Notes under the pieces: generated by a model
What the model was told of the DNA's origin: nothing
Seen by the model: only the letters and a program-made list of their open reading frames with translations
Databases searched by the model: none
Translations under genes and position numbers: made by a program
IMG/VR virus record: IMGVR_UViG_3300028048_000052
Span: 64,001-128,000 of that record
Direction: 5' to 3' (one strand)
Source: a virus
Lineage: Duplodnaviria > Caudoviricetes
DNA length: 64,000 nt
In this document: in pieces, positions 8,709 to 20,355 of the stretch
Layout of the letters: each line of letters starts with the position of its first letter
Position numbering within the stretch: the stretch's first letter is position 1

Positions 8709-9983
8709 ATGGCACAAACATACACTCATACACCAGCTCTTTCTAAAGTTAAATTAGGTGCGAGTACTTATTATTTAAAGGATGCTGATGTACGTGCGAT
8801 TTTAGATACATTCGGTGATGTTGTCACCGAAAATAAAGCAGTTAAAATTGAGAATGGCGCAACCGGCATTCCTAATGCTGATCAAGTTTATGATTTTGTT
8901 GTTCAGCAAGTTACAGAAGTCGGTAAGGCTCTTAACTTAATTTCTGCTACAGATCATACAGCGGTTGAAGATCCAAGAGTTGGTGATTTCGTTGTTGAAA
9001 GCGACGGCTCTGAATGGGTTTATGATGGTAATGGATGGAGAGAAGTTGGTAGTGAAAATGCCTATGTTAAAAAGACATTTACGATTGCTGGCGTTGATAT
9101 GCAAGACAATATCACAAAGGCAGAATTACAGCAAGCTCTTGAACTCCATGCGCTTGCTTATATGGATGCTGGTAGCATTGCTGTTACAACCCCAGACGGA
9201 ATTAATCAATTCTCTACTGGTAAAGCTGGCGAATATAATGTTAGCTCGACTCCTGTTTCAGTTCCAGCTACTTACGATGCATTAGATGTTACTCCAGCAG
9301 GATCTGTTGAAATTACAGCAGGCACCGCAGCCGCAGCGTCATATGACAAGACAACCAGTATCACTATGGCAACTGCTATTCCAGAAGCTGGTCAGTCAGC
9401 TACTTATACGCCAGCAGGCGAAGTTACAGTTACAAGCGTTACTGTTACTCCAAGCAATGTTTCTGTTGCTAAGGTCACTAATGCTGGTACTGCTTATCAA
9501 TTAACAGAAGGTAGTGTTGCTCATGCAACTGATACGACTTCTCAGTTTGCGGTTGCTGGTATGCTTGCTTCTATTGACGCAGAAGATAATGAAATGTTAG
9601 TTCTTGCTGATGCGACAAAAGCTGATGCTGTTACGGCAGTTGGCGCAATTACTTACACAGCGCCTACTTTAAGTGGTGCTCTTCCAACATTTGGTACTGA
9701 ATCTGTTGTTAGCGGTATTTCAAGCGCAAGCGCAGAGGCTTCTTTTGCAGGTACTGGTGTTATGATTAATGCAACTCCGGCATATACTTCTGCTAATGCT
9801 ACAATGACTCAGCCAACATATACGGCTTCATTTGAAGGCACAAGCAAGAGCGTTACCCCAAGTGTTGCTACAACGGTTCAGGCAGCAGGTACCGATGGTT
9901 CTGTTACTGTTGCTTCTGAAAATATTACACCAACATTACAAACTTCTGAAAAGACAATCAATGTTGCTTTCAGTGCTAACTAA
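8709..9983 (+). CDS. Thr/Ala-rich putative fibre protein
   Basis: YYLKDADVR N-terminal motif; TPAGxV repeats. Confidence 0.7.
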   Translation: MAQTYTHTPALSKVKLGASTYYLKDADVRAILDTFGDVVTENKAVKIENGATGIPNADQVYDFVVQQVTEVGKALNLISATDHTAVEDPRVGDFVVESDGSEWVYDGNGWREVGSENAYVKKTFTIAGVDMQDNITKAELQQALELHALAYMDAGSIAVTTPDGINQFSTGKAGEYNVSSTPVSVPATYDALDVTPAGSVEITAGTAAAASYDKTTSITMATAIPEAGQSATYTPAGEVTVTSVTVTPSNVSVAKVTNAGTAYQLTEGSVAHATDTTSQFAVAGMLASIDAEDNEMLVLADATKADAVTAVGAITYTAPTLSGALPTFGTESVVSGISSASAEASFAGTGVMINATPAYTSANATMTQPTYTASFEGTSKSVTPSVATTVQAAGTDGSVTVASENITPTLQTSEKTINVAFSAN

Positions 9984-10074
9984 TTAAAAACTCAATTTTC
10001 TTGAAACGATAGAAAATTATAATAAAAAATAAATTATAAACTTTTGAAACGATAGAGGGCATAATTTTTTTCTC

Positions 10075-10110
10075 GGGTAGAGGATACTATGTCCTCTACC
10101 CGTTTTTTTA
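10075..10110 (+). terminator. intrinsic terminator
   Basis: CGGGTAGAGGA...TCCTCTACCCG followed by a T run. Confidence 0.75.
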
Positions 10111-10125
10111 TTTTAGGAGATAATA

Positions 10126-10347
10126 ATGATTAAAGAACAAACTTTAATAAAAAAAGATACCTCTATAAATTGGGGCAAAGCAAAAAACTTTATCCCGAAA
10201 GAAAATGAAATTATAGTTTATACCGATTTTAATAAAATGAAAATCGGTAATGGTAAGACCAAAGTTAATGAACTTCCTTTTATTGATAATAATGAGTATA
10301 ATATAGAAGATGATACTTTGGTAATTAATACGAAGGGAGAATTTTAA
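10126..10347 (+). CDS. small Mtd-N-like protein
   Basis: NW...FIPKENE...KMKIGNGKTKVNELPF. Confidence 0.7.
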   Translation: MIKEQTLIKKDTSINWGKAKNFIPKENEIIVYTDFNKMKIGNGKTKVNELPFIDNNEYNIEDDTLVINTKGEF

Positions 10348-10350
10348 TTT

Positions 10351-10983
10351 ATGGCTGATTTAAGTAAAATAAAATTAAATGGAGTTACTTATAATTTTAA
10401 AGATGCTGGTGCTCGTACTGCTATAGGAAACTTAACTTCTTTTAATATTGAAATTATTTCAAGTTTTCCGGCATCACCAGATCTTCATACAATTTATTTT
10501 AAACAAAAAACTGGAACAAATAATGATATATATGACGAATACATGTATATTAACAACAATTGAGAATTAATTGGCTCAACAGCAGTAGATTTAAGTAATT
10601 ATTTACAAACTACTGATATTGCGGATTGAGCAAAAGCCTCTACAAAACCAACTTATACGGCTTCTGAGGTTGGGGCTATAGCGACTACGCATGTCGTAAA
10701 CAATATTACTTCAACCGATATTTCAAATTGGAATGCTAAATCTGATTTCAGCGGTTCATATAATGATTTAACTGATCAACCAACTATTCCAGCAGCGCAA
10801 GTTCAGTCGGACTGAAACGCAACTTCTGGAATGGGCGCAATTTTAAATAAACCGACAATTCCAGATCCTGTTTCAGTTTCAAATACTCTTGCTTCTGGAA
10901 CTCTCATCGCAACAATTAATGGTACAAATATTTATGCGCCAACTTATACAAATGGAGATAATCTCGCTTATGGGGGTAATTAA
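10351..10983 (+). CDS. fibre protein (3 TGA=Trp)
   Basis: Read-through gives YDEYMYINNNWELIG, WAKASTKPTYTASEVGA and QVQSDWNATSG, typical phage fibre motifs; ends TAA. Confidence 0.85.
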
Positions 10984-10985
10984 TA

Positions 10986-11609
10986 ATGGCACAAGTTTTA
11001 ATTACTGATACAAAATTAAATAATTTAGCAAATGCAGTTGCTTCAAAAGCAGAGATATCAACCCCATTAACGATTCAACAAATGATTGACGCAGTTAATG
11101 GATTAGATACCGGTGGAGTTTATTTAAATTTACAATCAAAAACAATTTCGCCAACATCCAGTAGTCAGACAATTACCCCAGACTCTGGTTATAACGGTTT
11201 AAGTTCAGTTACAGTTAATCCTGTTAATTCAACAACTTTAAATGTTAGTGCGAATGGCACATATACTGCGACTAATGGTAATTTTTATTCACAGGTTGTA
11301 GTTGCTATTGAAGATAGTAAAGTTAATTTACAATCAAAAACAGCAACCCCATCTAATGTTCCTGTTTCAGTAACTCCTGATACGGGATACCATGGTTTAT
11401 CATCAGTTACAATTGACCCAATTCCATCAAATTATGCCGATATTTCATCAACAACAGCAACTGTTAATGATGTTTTAACGGGCAAAAGGTTTATTGACGC
11501 AAATGGAGCGCCAAAAACTGGCTTATTGGTCGCAAGTTCTTATTATGTTGGATCAACCGTTCCAGACGCTTCAACCGGCAATGATGGAGATTTATATTTA
11601 AGAATTTAG
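10986..11609 (+). CDS. putative tail/fibre protein
   Basis: Duplicated LQSKT...TPDxGYxGLSSVT; C-terminal GNDGDLY. Confidence 0.75.
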   Translation: MAQVLITDTKLNNLANAVASKAEISTPLTIQQMIDAVNGLDTGGVYLNLQSKTISPTSSSQTITPDSGYNGLSSVTVNPVNSTTLNVSANGTYTATNGNFYSQVVVAIEDSKVNLQSKTATPSNVPVSVTPDTGYHGLSSVTIDPIPSNYADISSTTATVNDVLTGKRFIDANGAPKTGLLVASSYYVGSTVPDASTGNDGDLYLRI

Positions 11610-11621
11610 GAGGTTTAAAAT

Positions 11622-14210
11622 ATGGCTACATATGATATAACATCAAGTTCATTTAATATTGATAATATAGAAGAAGGCGATATTTTAAATTGCTCTTATA
11701 CTGGGGATGAAACACAAATTACTTTACCAGAAGGTGTATATATATTAACTGCTAAAGGGGCTACAGGCAATTTTGGCGGAAGAAACTCAACTACTACTGC
11801 GACATATACAGCAGTTGGTGGTGGCGGAACTTCAACTGGCACATTAGAATTAGAAGAAGAAACTACTCTTTATATAAATATTGGCGGTTGTGGCGAAACT
11901 TATACAGGCACATCAACAAATTCTCGTACCGGTGGCTATAATGGAGGTGGTTCTGCCAATTCTTATGGAGGAGTTGGCGGAGGCGCCACGCATATAGCTA
12001 CCAGAAGTGGTTTACTATCTGCTCTTGAGAATTATAAAAATACGATTATTATGGTTGCTGGCGGTGGTGGTGGAAGCGCTTATTACGGTTCTAAATATTA
12101 CGGAAATGGTGGCTCTGGCGGAGGAACTTCTGGTGAAGCTGGAAAATCAAATGGCTCAAATAGTACAAACTATGCTGGCCAAGGTGGAACTCAATCAGAA
12201 GGTGGCGCCGCTGGAACCAATTCAACAAGAAAAGGAACCGCTGGCTCATTTGGCCAAGGTGGTGATAATACCAGTGGTACAAGTTCTTATGCTTCCGCAG
12301 CTGGTGGTGGTGGCTACTATGGTGGTGGCGCCGCCTCAAACCAAGAAGGTGGAGGTGGAGGTGGTAGTGGATATGTGTCTACTTCTTTCTTAACTAACGC
12401 ATCAACGACACAAGGCTCATCCACAAGCACTTATACAAACGGCAGTTTAAGCATTGAGGTAGTAAGTTTAGCAACTACTATTAAGCATAATCTTGATTTA
12501 ACCCTTTCTGGTGGTAATTATACTTCTAATCATACGAATGGGACAATAGAGAAAAAAGAGGGTAGTTCTGAAACTATTTCATTTATTCCTCTTAATAGCG
12601 AAGACCCAGTAACCACGTATAAAAATGGGGTTGATATTACAAATCAATTACAACAAAATACATTAACAAGCGCTCTTAATATTACAACCCAAGCATCTGG
12701 AGCAAGTTATGGTTTTACTTTAAATAGCTCAACAGGATATTATGTTTCAAATAATAAAGGGGTATCTAAATCTGCGGCGGTAGCAAGAGTAAATATCACA
12801 GCCATTCAAAAAACGACAGTAACCTTTAAAGTAATTAACTATGCTGAAGAAGGATATGACTTTGGTGTACTTGGTCTTTTGGATACAACGTTAGAACCGG
12901 TTTATAATTCTGATAACTCTGGTTATTGAAGCGGATTTTCTAGCGATCATAATAAATCTACTGCTCAAACCGTTACCTATACGGTTCCTATTGGAGAGCA
13001 CTTTATTGATGTAAAATATATTAAAGATGACGCGACTGATGATAATAATGATACTTTACAATTTAAAGTATCCATGAATCCAGCAGCCGGATCAACGGTA
13101 CAAGAATATTCGTTAAATACCGGAGCAATAAATCAAGATACAGAAATAAAAATTGTTTGTGGTGATATATCTTCAAACTTTAATATTCGTACTACTGGAG
13201 AACATGCGTCAATTGACCCAGAAGATGAACAAGTTTATAAAGGTTCTAACTTGGAAATTCATTTTATGCCGACAGATACTGCTGATTACCGATATAGTAA
13301 AGTATTAGATAATAACATAGATGTTACCTCTTCGGTTATTGTTCCGCATACATTAGAGGCGCCAAGTTATGAAGTTACTTCCGTAAGCGGTGCGAGTTAC
13401 GGGTTTGCGTTAACTAATGGATATTACCAATCTCAAAATACAGCAAATAATACGGCTGCCCTGTGTCATGTAGTATTTACCACCCCGGTCGCCGCGAGAG
13501 TAACTGTTACTTATCAAAATAGTGGTAGTAGTACATATAATTTTAGTATGATTTCTGAATTAAATACCGAATTAAGAACAGACTACGCAACAGATACCTC
13601 TGGTATTCGTATGAATGGTTCAAGCAATTTCCACTCAAGTGATACCAGTTATACATTTGATATTCCAGCGGGAGAAAGTTTTATTACTTGTAAGCACAAA
13701 ATTTCTTCAAATAGTGGCACAAAAGGTAATTTAAAATTCAAAATTTCAATAGAAGCATTAGAAAGTTTGGAAATACCTTACTATACATATTCATTAACTA
13801 ATATACAAGAAATTCATAATATTATAATTCTTTCTGAAAAAATTCCTGTTTACACAATTACTGCAACCTGTGGCCCAATGGGCACCATTAATCCAAGTGG
13901 CGCAATTCAGGTTAAAGAGGGCGAAAATTTAACTATCACTGGTACTGGGGATACAAATTATTCCGTTGATAAAATTTTCTTAAATTCAGTATCAGTTGCT
14001 TTTAGTAACAATAGTTATACTTTAAGTAATATTCAAAGCGATGCGAATATTTATGTTTTATTTTCTTCTGGCGAAACTCAATTTTATTGGAAAGATGAAA
14101 ATACTTGAAGACAAGTGGTCCAAGTTTATAAAAAAGTAGATGGACGTTGGATAGAACAAGAATTTGCGTTAGTTGGTGATCCTAATGCTAAATATATAAA
14201 GAAAAATTAA
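11622..14210 (+). CDS. large glycine-rich receptor-binding/tail protein, about 862 aa (2 TGA=Trp)
   Basis: Two track ORFs join in frame through TGA 12927 and 14106; glycine-rich domain then repeated SGASYGFxL beta domains. Confidence 0.8.
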
Positions 14211-14225
14211 TTTGGGGAGGAAAAT

Positions 14226-15047
14226 ATGAAAAACGAATATTTAATCTCTTTTGGGTGTATCCCAGATGAAGTTGATGTGCGTGATTATAAAATCTCAAGA
14301 GCTTCAATAAAACAGCAAAGTTTTCCAAAAACTTTTGAATGCGAAAAAACTATGAAAGTTAAACACCAAGGTAGTGTTGGTTCTTGTACTGCGCACGCAT
14401 TATCTTCAATTTTAGAATATCATTATACCGATAACGTAAAACTTTCTACAAATTTTCTTTACGGCATACATTATCAATTATATAATTCACAAGGACCGGG
14501 ATTAAGATTAAGAGAAGCATTAAAAATCGCCTCAAAATATGGAGATCCCGAAGAAAAATTATGTAAAGGGAATAATGAAGTAGAAAAAGTTTATAGCATA
14601 GCGGAAACCGCTTTTAATAACAAAGAAGTTATGAAAAATGCAGAAAAATATAAAATTAAAGAGTATGCTAGATTAACCAAAGATGATGATATAAAATTTT
14701 CATTAATTAATTATGGGCCGGTACTTGCGTCAATTGTGTGATATGAACAAAATGAAACCAATAAAAACGGGGTTTTAATTAAAGGCAAAACCGCAGATTC
14801 TCACCACGCTATTGTAATTTATGGGTGAAATGCCCAAGGATGACTTTGCCAAAATTCTTGAGGTGCATTATGGGGGAAAAGAGGCAGATTTATTTTACCT
14901 TTTAACTATGGAATTGTTGATGCATATTCAATAATCCCAAATAATGCCGAAGCATCAGAAATTAAAAAACCAATACAAAATTCTTTTGTTGACAGCATTT
15001 ATAAAGCAGTAAATAGTGTAATAAATTTATATAAAAAAAATAAGTAA
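14226..15047 (+). CDS. papain-like (C1) cysteine peptidase (4 TGA=Trp)
   Basis: QGSVGSCTAHA, HAIVIYGW and WLCQNSWGALWG; the His/Asn half appears only with TGA=Trp. Confidence 0.88.
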
Positions 15048-15056
15048 AATATAAGT

Positions 15057-15338
15057 ATGAAAATATATAGATATGAAATGGAAGATGGCGGAGGCCCATA
15101 TTTTACTTTTGATGGGGCTCAAAGAAAAACGGGACAAAAAATTCAAGAAAATTTTAATTATGTTTTTGGGTGCGAAAGTGAAGAACAATTAAAAGCATAT
15201 TTTAAAGGGAAAGAAAAAGAAATAAAAGATTGTGAAATTATCGTTAGAGATATTCCTGATGAATATATTACAAAATTAAAAAAACAAGTTATCTTTCCGA
15301 AGTTTTTAATAAATGGTCAAACTAAATTAAATAAATAA
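15057..15338 (+). CDS. hypothetical protein
   Basis: Track ORF, IYRYE...GGGPY. Confidence 0.6.
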   Translation: MKIYRYEMEDGGGPYFTFDGAQRKTGQKIQENFNYVFGCESEEQLKAYFKGKEKEIKDCEIIVRDIPDEYITKLKKQVIFPKFLINGQTKLNK

Positions 15339-15434
15339 ATCAAGAACTTAATATATATAGAGAAATATTTTTCCATTGGACAGTAAGATACGCGATGGAT
15401 TTGTTACGATAGAATAATTATGCGTATTTTACTA

Positions 15435-15470
15435 AACCCCTTGGGAAAATCCCCAAGGGGTTATTTTTTT
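15435..15470 (+). terminator. intrinsic terminator/attenuator upstream of the tail fibre gene
   Basis: AACCCCTTGGG-AAAAT-CCCCAAGGGGTT followed by a T run. Confidence 0.7.
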
Positions 15471-15485
15471 GGAAAGGAGATATAT

Positions 15486-17690
15486 ATGGCGTTATTTAAA
15501 GTTTTAAGAGGTACCGCGGCGACAATTGCGCCAGAATCAGCGACTAAGCCAGCTTTTAATGATGGTTATGCTTATTTTACTCCAGATGATGGTAGGTTTT
15601 ATATTGATGTTGAATTAGATGCTGATCCGCCATATTATTATGATAAAGCGGTAGTAAACGGAAAAACAATTTATCGTATTGAAATTGAAAGTAAAACTTG
15701 AGCAGAATTAATAAACACAAAATCTAATGTTAATCATACTCATAGCATAGATGATATTGACGATGTTGATGCCCCAGCTCTTGTAAATTATTATGGCACT
15801 TGCTCAACTTCTTCTTCAAGTCCAGAAAAAATTGTTACAGTTAATGGGTCTTTTAGTTTAGTGGAAGGCGTTCAAGTTACAGTTAGGTTTGTAAATGCGC
15901 CAGCTTATCAAGGAAGAGGATGAACTTTAAATGTTAATGGCACCGGAGCTAAAGCTATATACAAATATGGGACTACTGGCTCATATTCTTCTGGAGATGA
16001 TTCTTGGTACGCCGGTAGCATAGTTACTTTCACATATAACGGTTCAGCGTGGATTATAAATAACTGAGAAGGTACAACTTATAATGTAATTTCAACCTCT
16101 GGAATGACACTTAATAATACAAGTGCTGGATTGATAACCGGACAACGTATTTTACAATTAATAAATGGTCTTAATGGTTTTAATAATAGTGCGTTATATG
16201 CCACAGATTCTAAGTCTGGTATTATATCAGCAACTGATCACGCTACATTAACAGACCTCAATTCAAATGCTGTTAGAGCAAATGATGTAACAAGCCTTGA
16301 TGCAACTTTGGAATGAAATGCTTTTACCTCAATTGCAGATATTGGGGGTACAGAAATTGAAGTATCATTACCAGAATATCCAATTGAATTTGTAACATTA
16401 GCATATGATAGTGCGCAAAGTAAATTTGTAGTTGATAAAACATTTAATGAAATTGTTACTGCTTATCACGCTAATAAAAAGGTATATTTAATTGATGAAA
16501 CATCATCAATGTCACAACCAGAAATAGATACAGTAATAGCGCCATTAGTGGCTGTACAAGAAAGCACAAATTCAAATTACAAACATATTATTTTTGAAAC
16601 GCTTATATTAAGCGCAGGAACTATTTTTGAATATATTGTAGATGAAAATAATTCTGTAGAAACATATGCTGAAAATCTTATAATCAATGATACCAAAAAT
16701 ACAGCTGGATCGTCAAATTCTACAAGTAAAATGTTTTTAATTGGCGCTACGTCACAAGACGCCTTTGGTGTAACAACTTATTCAAATACCGCTGTTTATG
16801 CAACAAATGGCGCATTAACAGCAACAAGTTTTTCTGGCTCTGGCGCAAACTTAACAAGTTTAAACGCGGGCAATATTTCATCGGGTACATTACCAGTAGC
16901 AAGAGGTGGTACTGGACAAACAAGTATTCCTAATATTCAAGCTGGCAAAGATGGGGATGGAAATACAATTAGTTCTACTTATTTAAAACTTAGCGGTGGA
17001 ACTATGACTGGCGTTATAAATTCTTCTTTTAGAAGTAGCAGTTGAGTAAATAGTTTAACAAATTCAGCAATAACATTAACGGATGACACAAGTTCATATG
17101 GTGGTTGAATTTGTGGGCCAACTAAAAATGGAAGAATAGCAATATCAACTTATTCTTCTGATTCAGATTTATTATATTTTGGGTATGGAGAAAGAGGAAG
17201 AACAACAAACTCCTTCGCAAGACAAATGACATGAAATGGAGCAAACGGAACATTAACTGCTACAAAAGTCTATGGCGCAGTTTGGAACGATTTTGCTGAA
17301 TATCGCCAAGGCGAAAATAGTCCCGGTAAAGTAATGGTAGAAAATGGAGACGATTCAATTAGCATGTCTACTAAGCGATTACAACCGGGTGCAATGATTT
17401 GCTCTGATACTTATGGTTTTGCAATTGGTGAAACTGATGAGTGTAAATGCCCAATTGCGGTTGCAGGAAGAGTTCTTGCATATCCATTAGAGCCAAGAGA
17501 AGAATACAATTTCTTTATTGGGCAAGCTGTTTGTAGTGGGCCTGATGGTACAGTATCTATTATGACAAAAGATGAAGTTAAAGAATATCCTGAATGCGTT
17601 ATAGGATACATCAGCGCAGTACCAAAGTATGAAACTTGGGGTACTGATAATGTAAAAGTTGACGGCAGAGTTTGGATTAAAGTTAAATAA
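15486..17690 (+). CDS. tail fibre with C-terminal chaperone/autocleavage-like domain, about 734 aa (7 TGA=Trp)
   Basis: Four track ORFs join in one frame; TLNVNGTGAKAI, GTLPVARGGTG, YLKLSGGTMTG, YGAVWNDFAEY...VAGRV. Confidence 0.85.
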
Positions 17691-17967
17691 AATTTTGGGT
17701 AGAAAGCACTAAACTTTCTACCCCTATTTTTATATATAGTGTAGGGAAATGGTACTAAAATCCCCGCAAGCGTACGACTACGTTGAATAAAGACAATCGC
17801 GAATGTTTTTATTTAAAAAGTTAATTATGGAAATGTTTTATTAAAAAACATATCTAAATGTAGAGGCAAAAACAAAATAAAATTATAGTAAAAATGGGTA
17901 GATTAAATGTTTTTGATAGGATATTTCCATATTTTTTTTGTTTAAATATGAGAAAGGAAGACCTTAT

Positions 17968-18318
17968 ATGTACAATGGGAACATGTATAACAGTCCGTAT
18001 CTTTATAATATGACATTACAAAGACAAGAGGTAATAAGAGTTAATGGTAGAAATGGGGCAGAGGCATACCAAATGGCCCCGAATAGCAGTATTTTATTAT
18101 TAGATGAAACTGCGCCAATCGTTTGGTTAAAAACAACAGACGGTGCTTCATATCCAACTTTAAATGGATATGTAATTTCTCCTTTAAGAGAAAAAGGTGG
18201 AGAACACCCAGAATTAATTGAACTTGAAGAAAGAATTAAAAAATTAGAGGAGGCTTTCAATGCGTCAAAATCCAATGCTCCAAAAGCTAAGTCCAAGGAC
18301 GCCAGCACCGACAAATAA
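17968..18318 (+). CDS. hypothetical protein, gene 1 of five-gene cassette
   Basis: AAGGAAG RBS before ATG 17968; RVNGRNGAEAY...LKTTDG; coiled-coil end. Confidence 0.7.
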   Translation: MYNGNMYNSPYLYNMTLQRQEVIRVNGRNGAEAYQMAPNSSILLLDETAPIVWLKTTDGASYPTLNGYVISPLREKGGEHPELIELEERIKKLEEAFNASKSNAPKAKSKDASTDK

Positions 18319-18511
18319 TATGTTGTCATTACTACAAAACTCTAATAACCCTCAACAACTTATAAATAACATACTTACGCAAAATCCACAATTAACAAAT
18401 TTGATAAATCAATTTGGAAATGGAGACCCGAAAACTGCCTTTTATGAGTACGCTCGCCAGAGTGGTCAGGATCCCCAACAAGTACTAAATTTTTTACAAA
18501 AGTTTATGTAA
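18260..18511 (+). CDS. Gln/Asn-rich protein, gene 2 of cassette
   Basis: GGAGG RBS; NPQQ repeats. Confidence 0.7.
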   Translation: MRQNPMLQKLSPRTPAPTNNMLSLLQNSNNPQQLINNILTQNPQLTNLINQFGNGDPKTAFYEYARQSGQDPQQVLNFLQKFM

Positions 18512-18564
18512 AAAGATAAGGGCTTCCCTATCTATTTAGAACTTGTAATGGGAGGCAAAATATA

Positions 18565-20287
18565 ATGGATAATGGAAGTTTAAGTGCAAGCGATGTCGCT
18601 TTATTAAGCGATAGAGGCTATGGTTATGGCGATGGCATGTGGGGTGGAAACTCTATGATGTGGATATTCGCTTTATTAATTCTTGCCGGTGGCGGTTTTG
18701 GCGGATTTGGCGGTGGTTATGGCTATCATCCGCAATATGCTACACAGGATTTTGTGCAAAACGGTTTTAATTTTAATGATTTACAAGATCAGAACCGTGA
18801 TATCTTGGGCGCTATTACTTCTGGGACAGCTCAGTCTGTCGCAGCGACGAACCAGTCATTCCACGATATCACTGCAACTTTAAGTGATAAATATACTGAG
18901 TTACAGAGAGATATCGCTGGTTTAGCAGTTGGTCAAGCTAATTTATTAGCTAAAGAGAATGAGTGTTTAAATGCAGTAGACACTTATGCGTAGTAATACG
19001 CATTGGCAATTCGGTGAACTGCTGGAAAGCTAAGTTTACAAAAATTTGACTTTTATTCAAAAAATATGTATAATATTTATAACGATTGATGTTAAGAGGC
19101 GTTATAAAATGAAATTTTATGTATATGAATGATTTATAAAAAACACAAATGAAATATTCTATGTTGGAAAAGGGTGTAAAAATAGATATAAAGAAATAAA
19201 AAGAAGAAATAAAATATTTAAAATATTTTATGAAAATTTTGATTGTGATGTTAAGATAATTAAATATTTTGATAATGAAGATGAGGCTTTTTGTTTTGAA
19301 CATGAAAGAATTATGGAATTAAAACAAAATAATCAAGCAAAAGCAAATCTTGATTATGGCGGTAAAGGTGGATGTAATTTTGCTTGAACCGAAGAAATGA
19401 AAAATTACCAATCTATCTATAATCCAATGAAAGCTTATGAGCAACGAGAAAGAATGTCTAAAAACAACCCAATGAAAAATAAAGAAACAGTAAAAAAGGT
19501 TGTAAAAAAATTGTCTAAACCAGTTATAATAAATGGAATTTATTATAATAGCGTTAAAGAGGCAAGTATAAAAACATCACATACCGAAGGTACAATTTCA
19601 AGATGGTGTAAACAAGGATATGATACAAACGGAAAATCTTGTTATTATGCGAATGAAACACCAAAAGAAATACCGAATATAAAAAAGACGCACCCAAAAG
19701 CGACAACCCCTAAATCTGTAATTATAGATGAGATATATTTTGATACAGTAAAAGATGGAGCAGAATATATCGGGGTTTGGCCAGAAACTCTTATTAGAGC
19801 AATTAAACAAAATAGAAAATGTAAAGGTCATAATTGTAAATATGCCAATCAGCAACCAAGCATTAGTTTAAATGACTAATGAAGGCTCAACGACTAGGAA
19901 TTGAAACTATAAAAATAGAATATAATATTCCCACGAGTGCCGAACTCCTATTTTTAGGATGAAGATATAGTCTGAACTTATAGGAAACTATAAGAAATAT
20001 AAGATAAAGAGCTTATATGGTAACAAATTGGCTGTTCTACACTTAGAGCCATTGATGGTGTAAATTACAACGCGGCGATGAACACCGCAGCGATTAACGC
20101 CAACACAACAGCTCAAACACAGAAGATTTTAGATGCTATTACAGGAAATCGTATGGCAGATATGCAAAACGAAATTGATCAGTTAAAACTTGCTCAGGCA
20201 GTTGCTGGTGTCGTTCGCTATCCAACAGCAAGCACATATTATGCAGGAACCAATCCTTTCTGCGCATGTAGCGGTGCTACACTTTAA
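18565..20287 (+). CDS. Gly-rich/coiled-coil protein split by a group I intron (exons 18565-18967 and 20031-20287; 219 aa)
   Basis: Splicing yields AKENEC-C-CSTLRAIDGVNY, in frame with the 20078..20287 ORF. Confidence 0.8.
18968..20030 (+). mobile_element. group I intron carrying a homing endonuclease
   Basis: P1 GAGTGTT/GACACTT with U.G; GAACTGCTGGAAA...AATCAGCAACCAAG; CAACGACTA...GATATAGTCTG; terminal G. Confidence 0.88.
19109..19879 (+). CDS. intron-encoded GIY-YIG-like endonuclease (2 TGA=Trp)
   Basis: MKFYVYEWF...IFYVGKG...RY; NUMOD-like repeats. Confidence 0.8.
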
Positions 20288-20355
20288 TATATTCGGGGGT
20301 TCTTATGAACCCCTTTTTTGTTTTTAAATGGGAAAGAAATGGGAGGAAAACAAAA

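Noticed and set aside
10001-10056. Mini CRISPR array, since the repeat contains TTGAAAC with a 30-nt gap
   Set aside because: Only two 13-bp copies, an AT-only spacer and no cas genes in the window.
5064-10347. Diversity-generating retroelement (Mtd-like domains plus a duplicated segment)
   Set aside because: No reverse transcriptase in the window, and differences between the duplicates are not adenine-specific.
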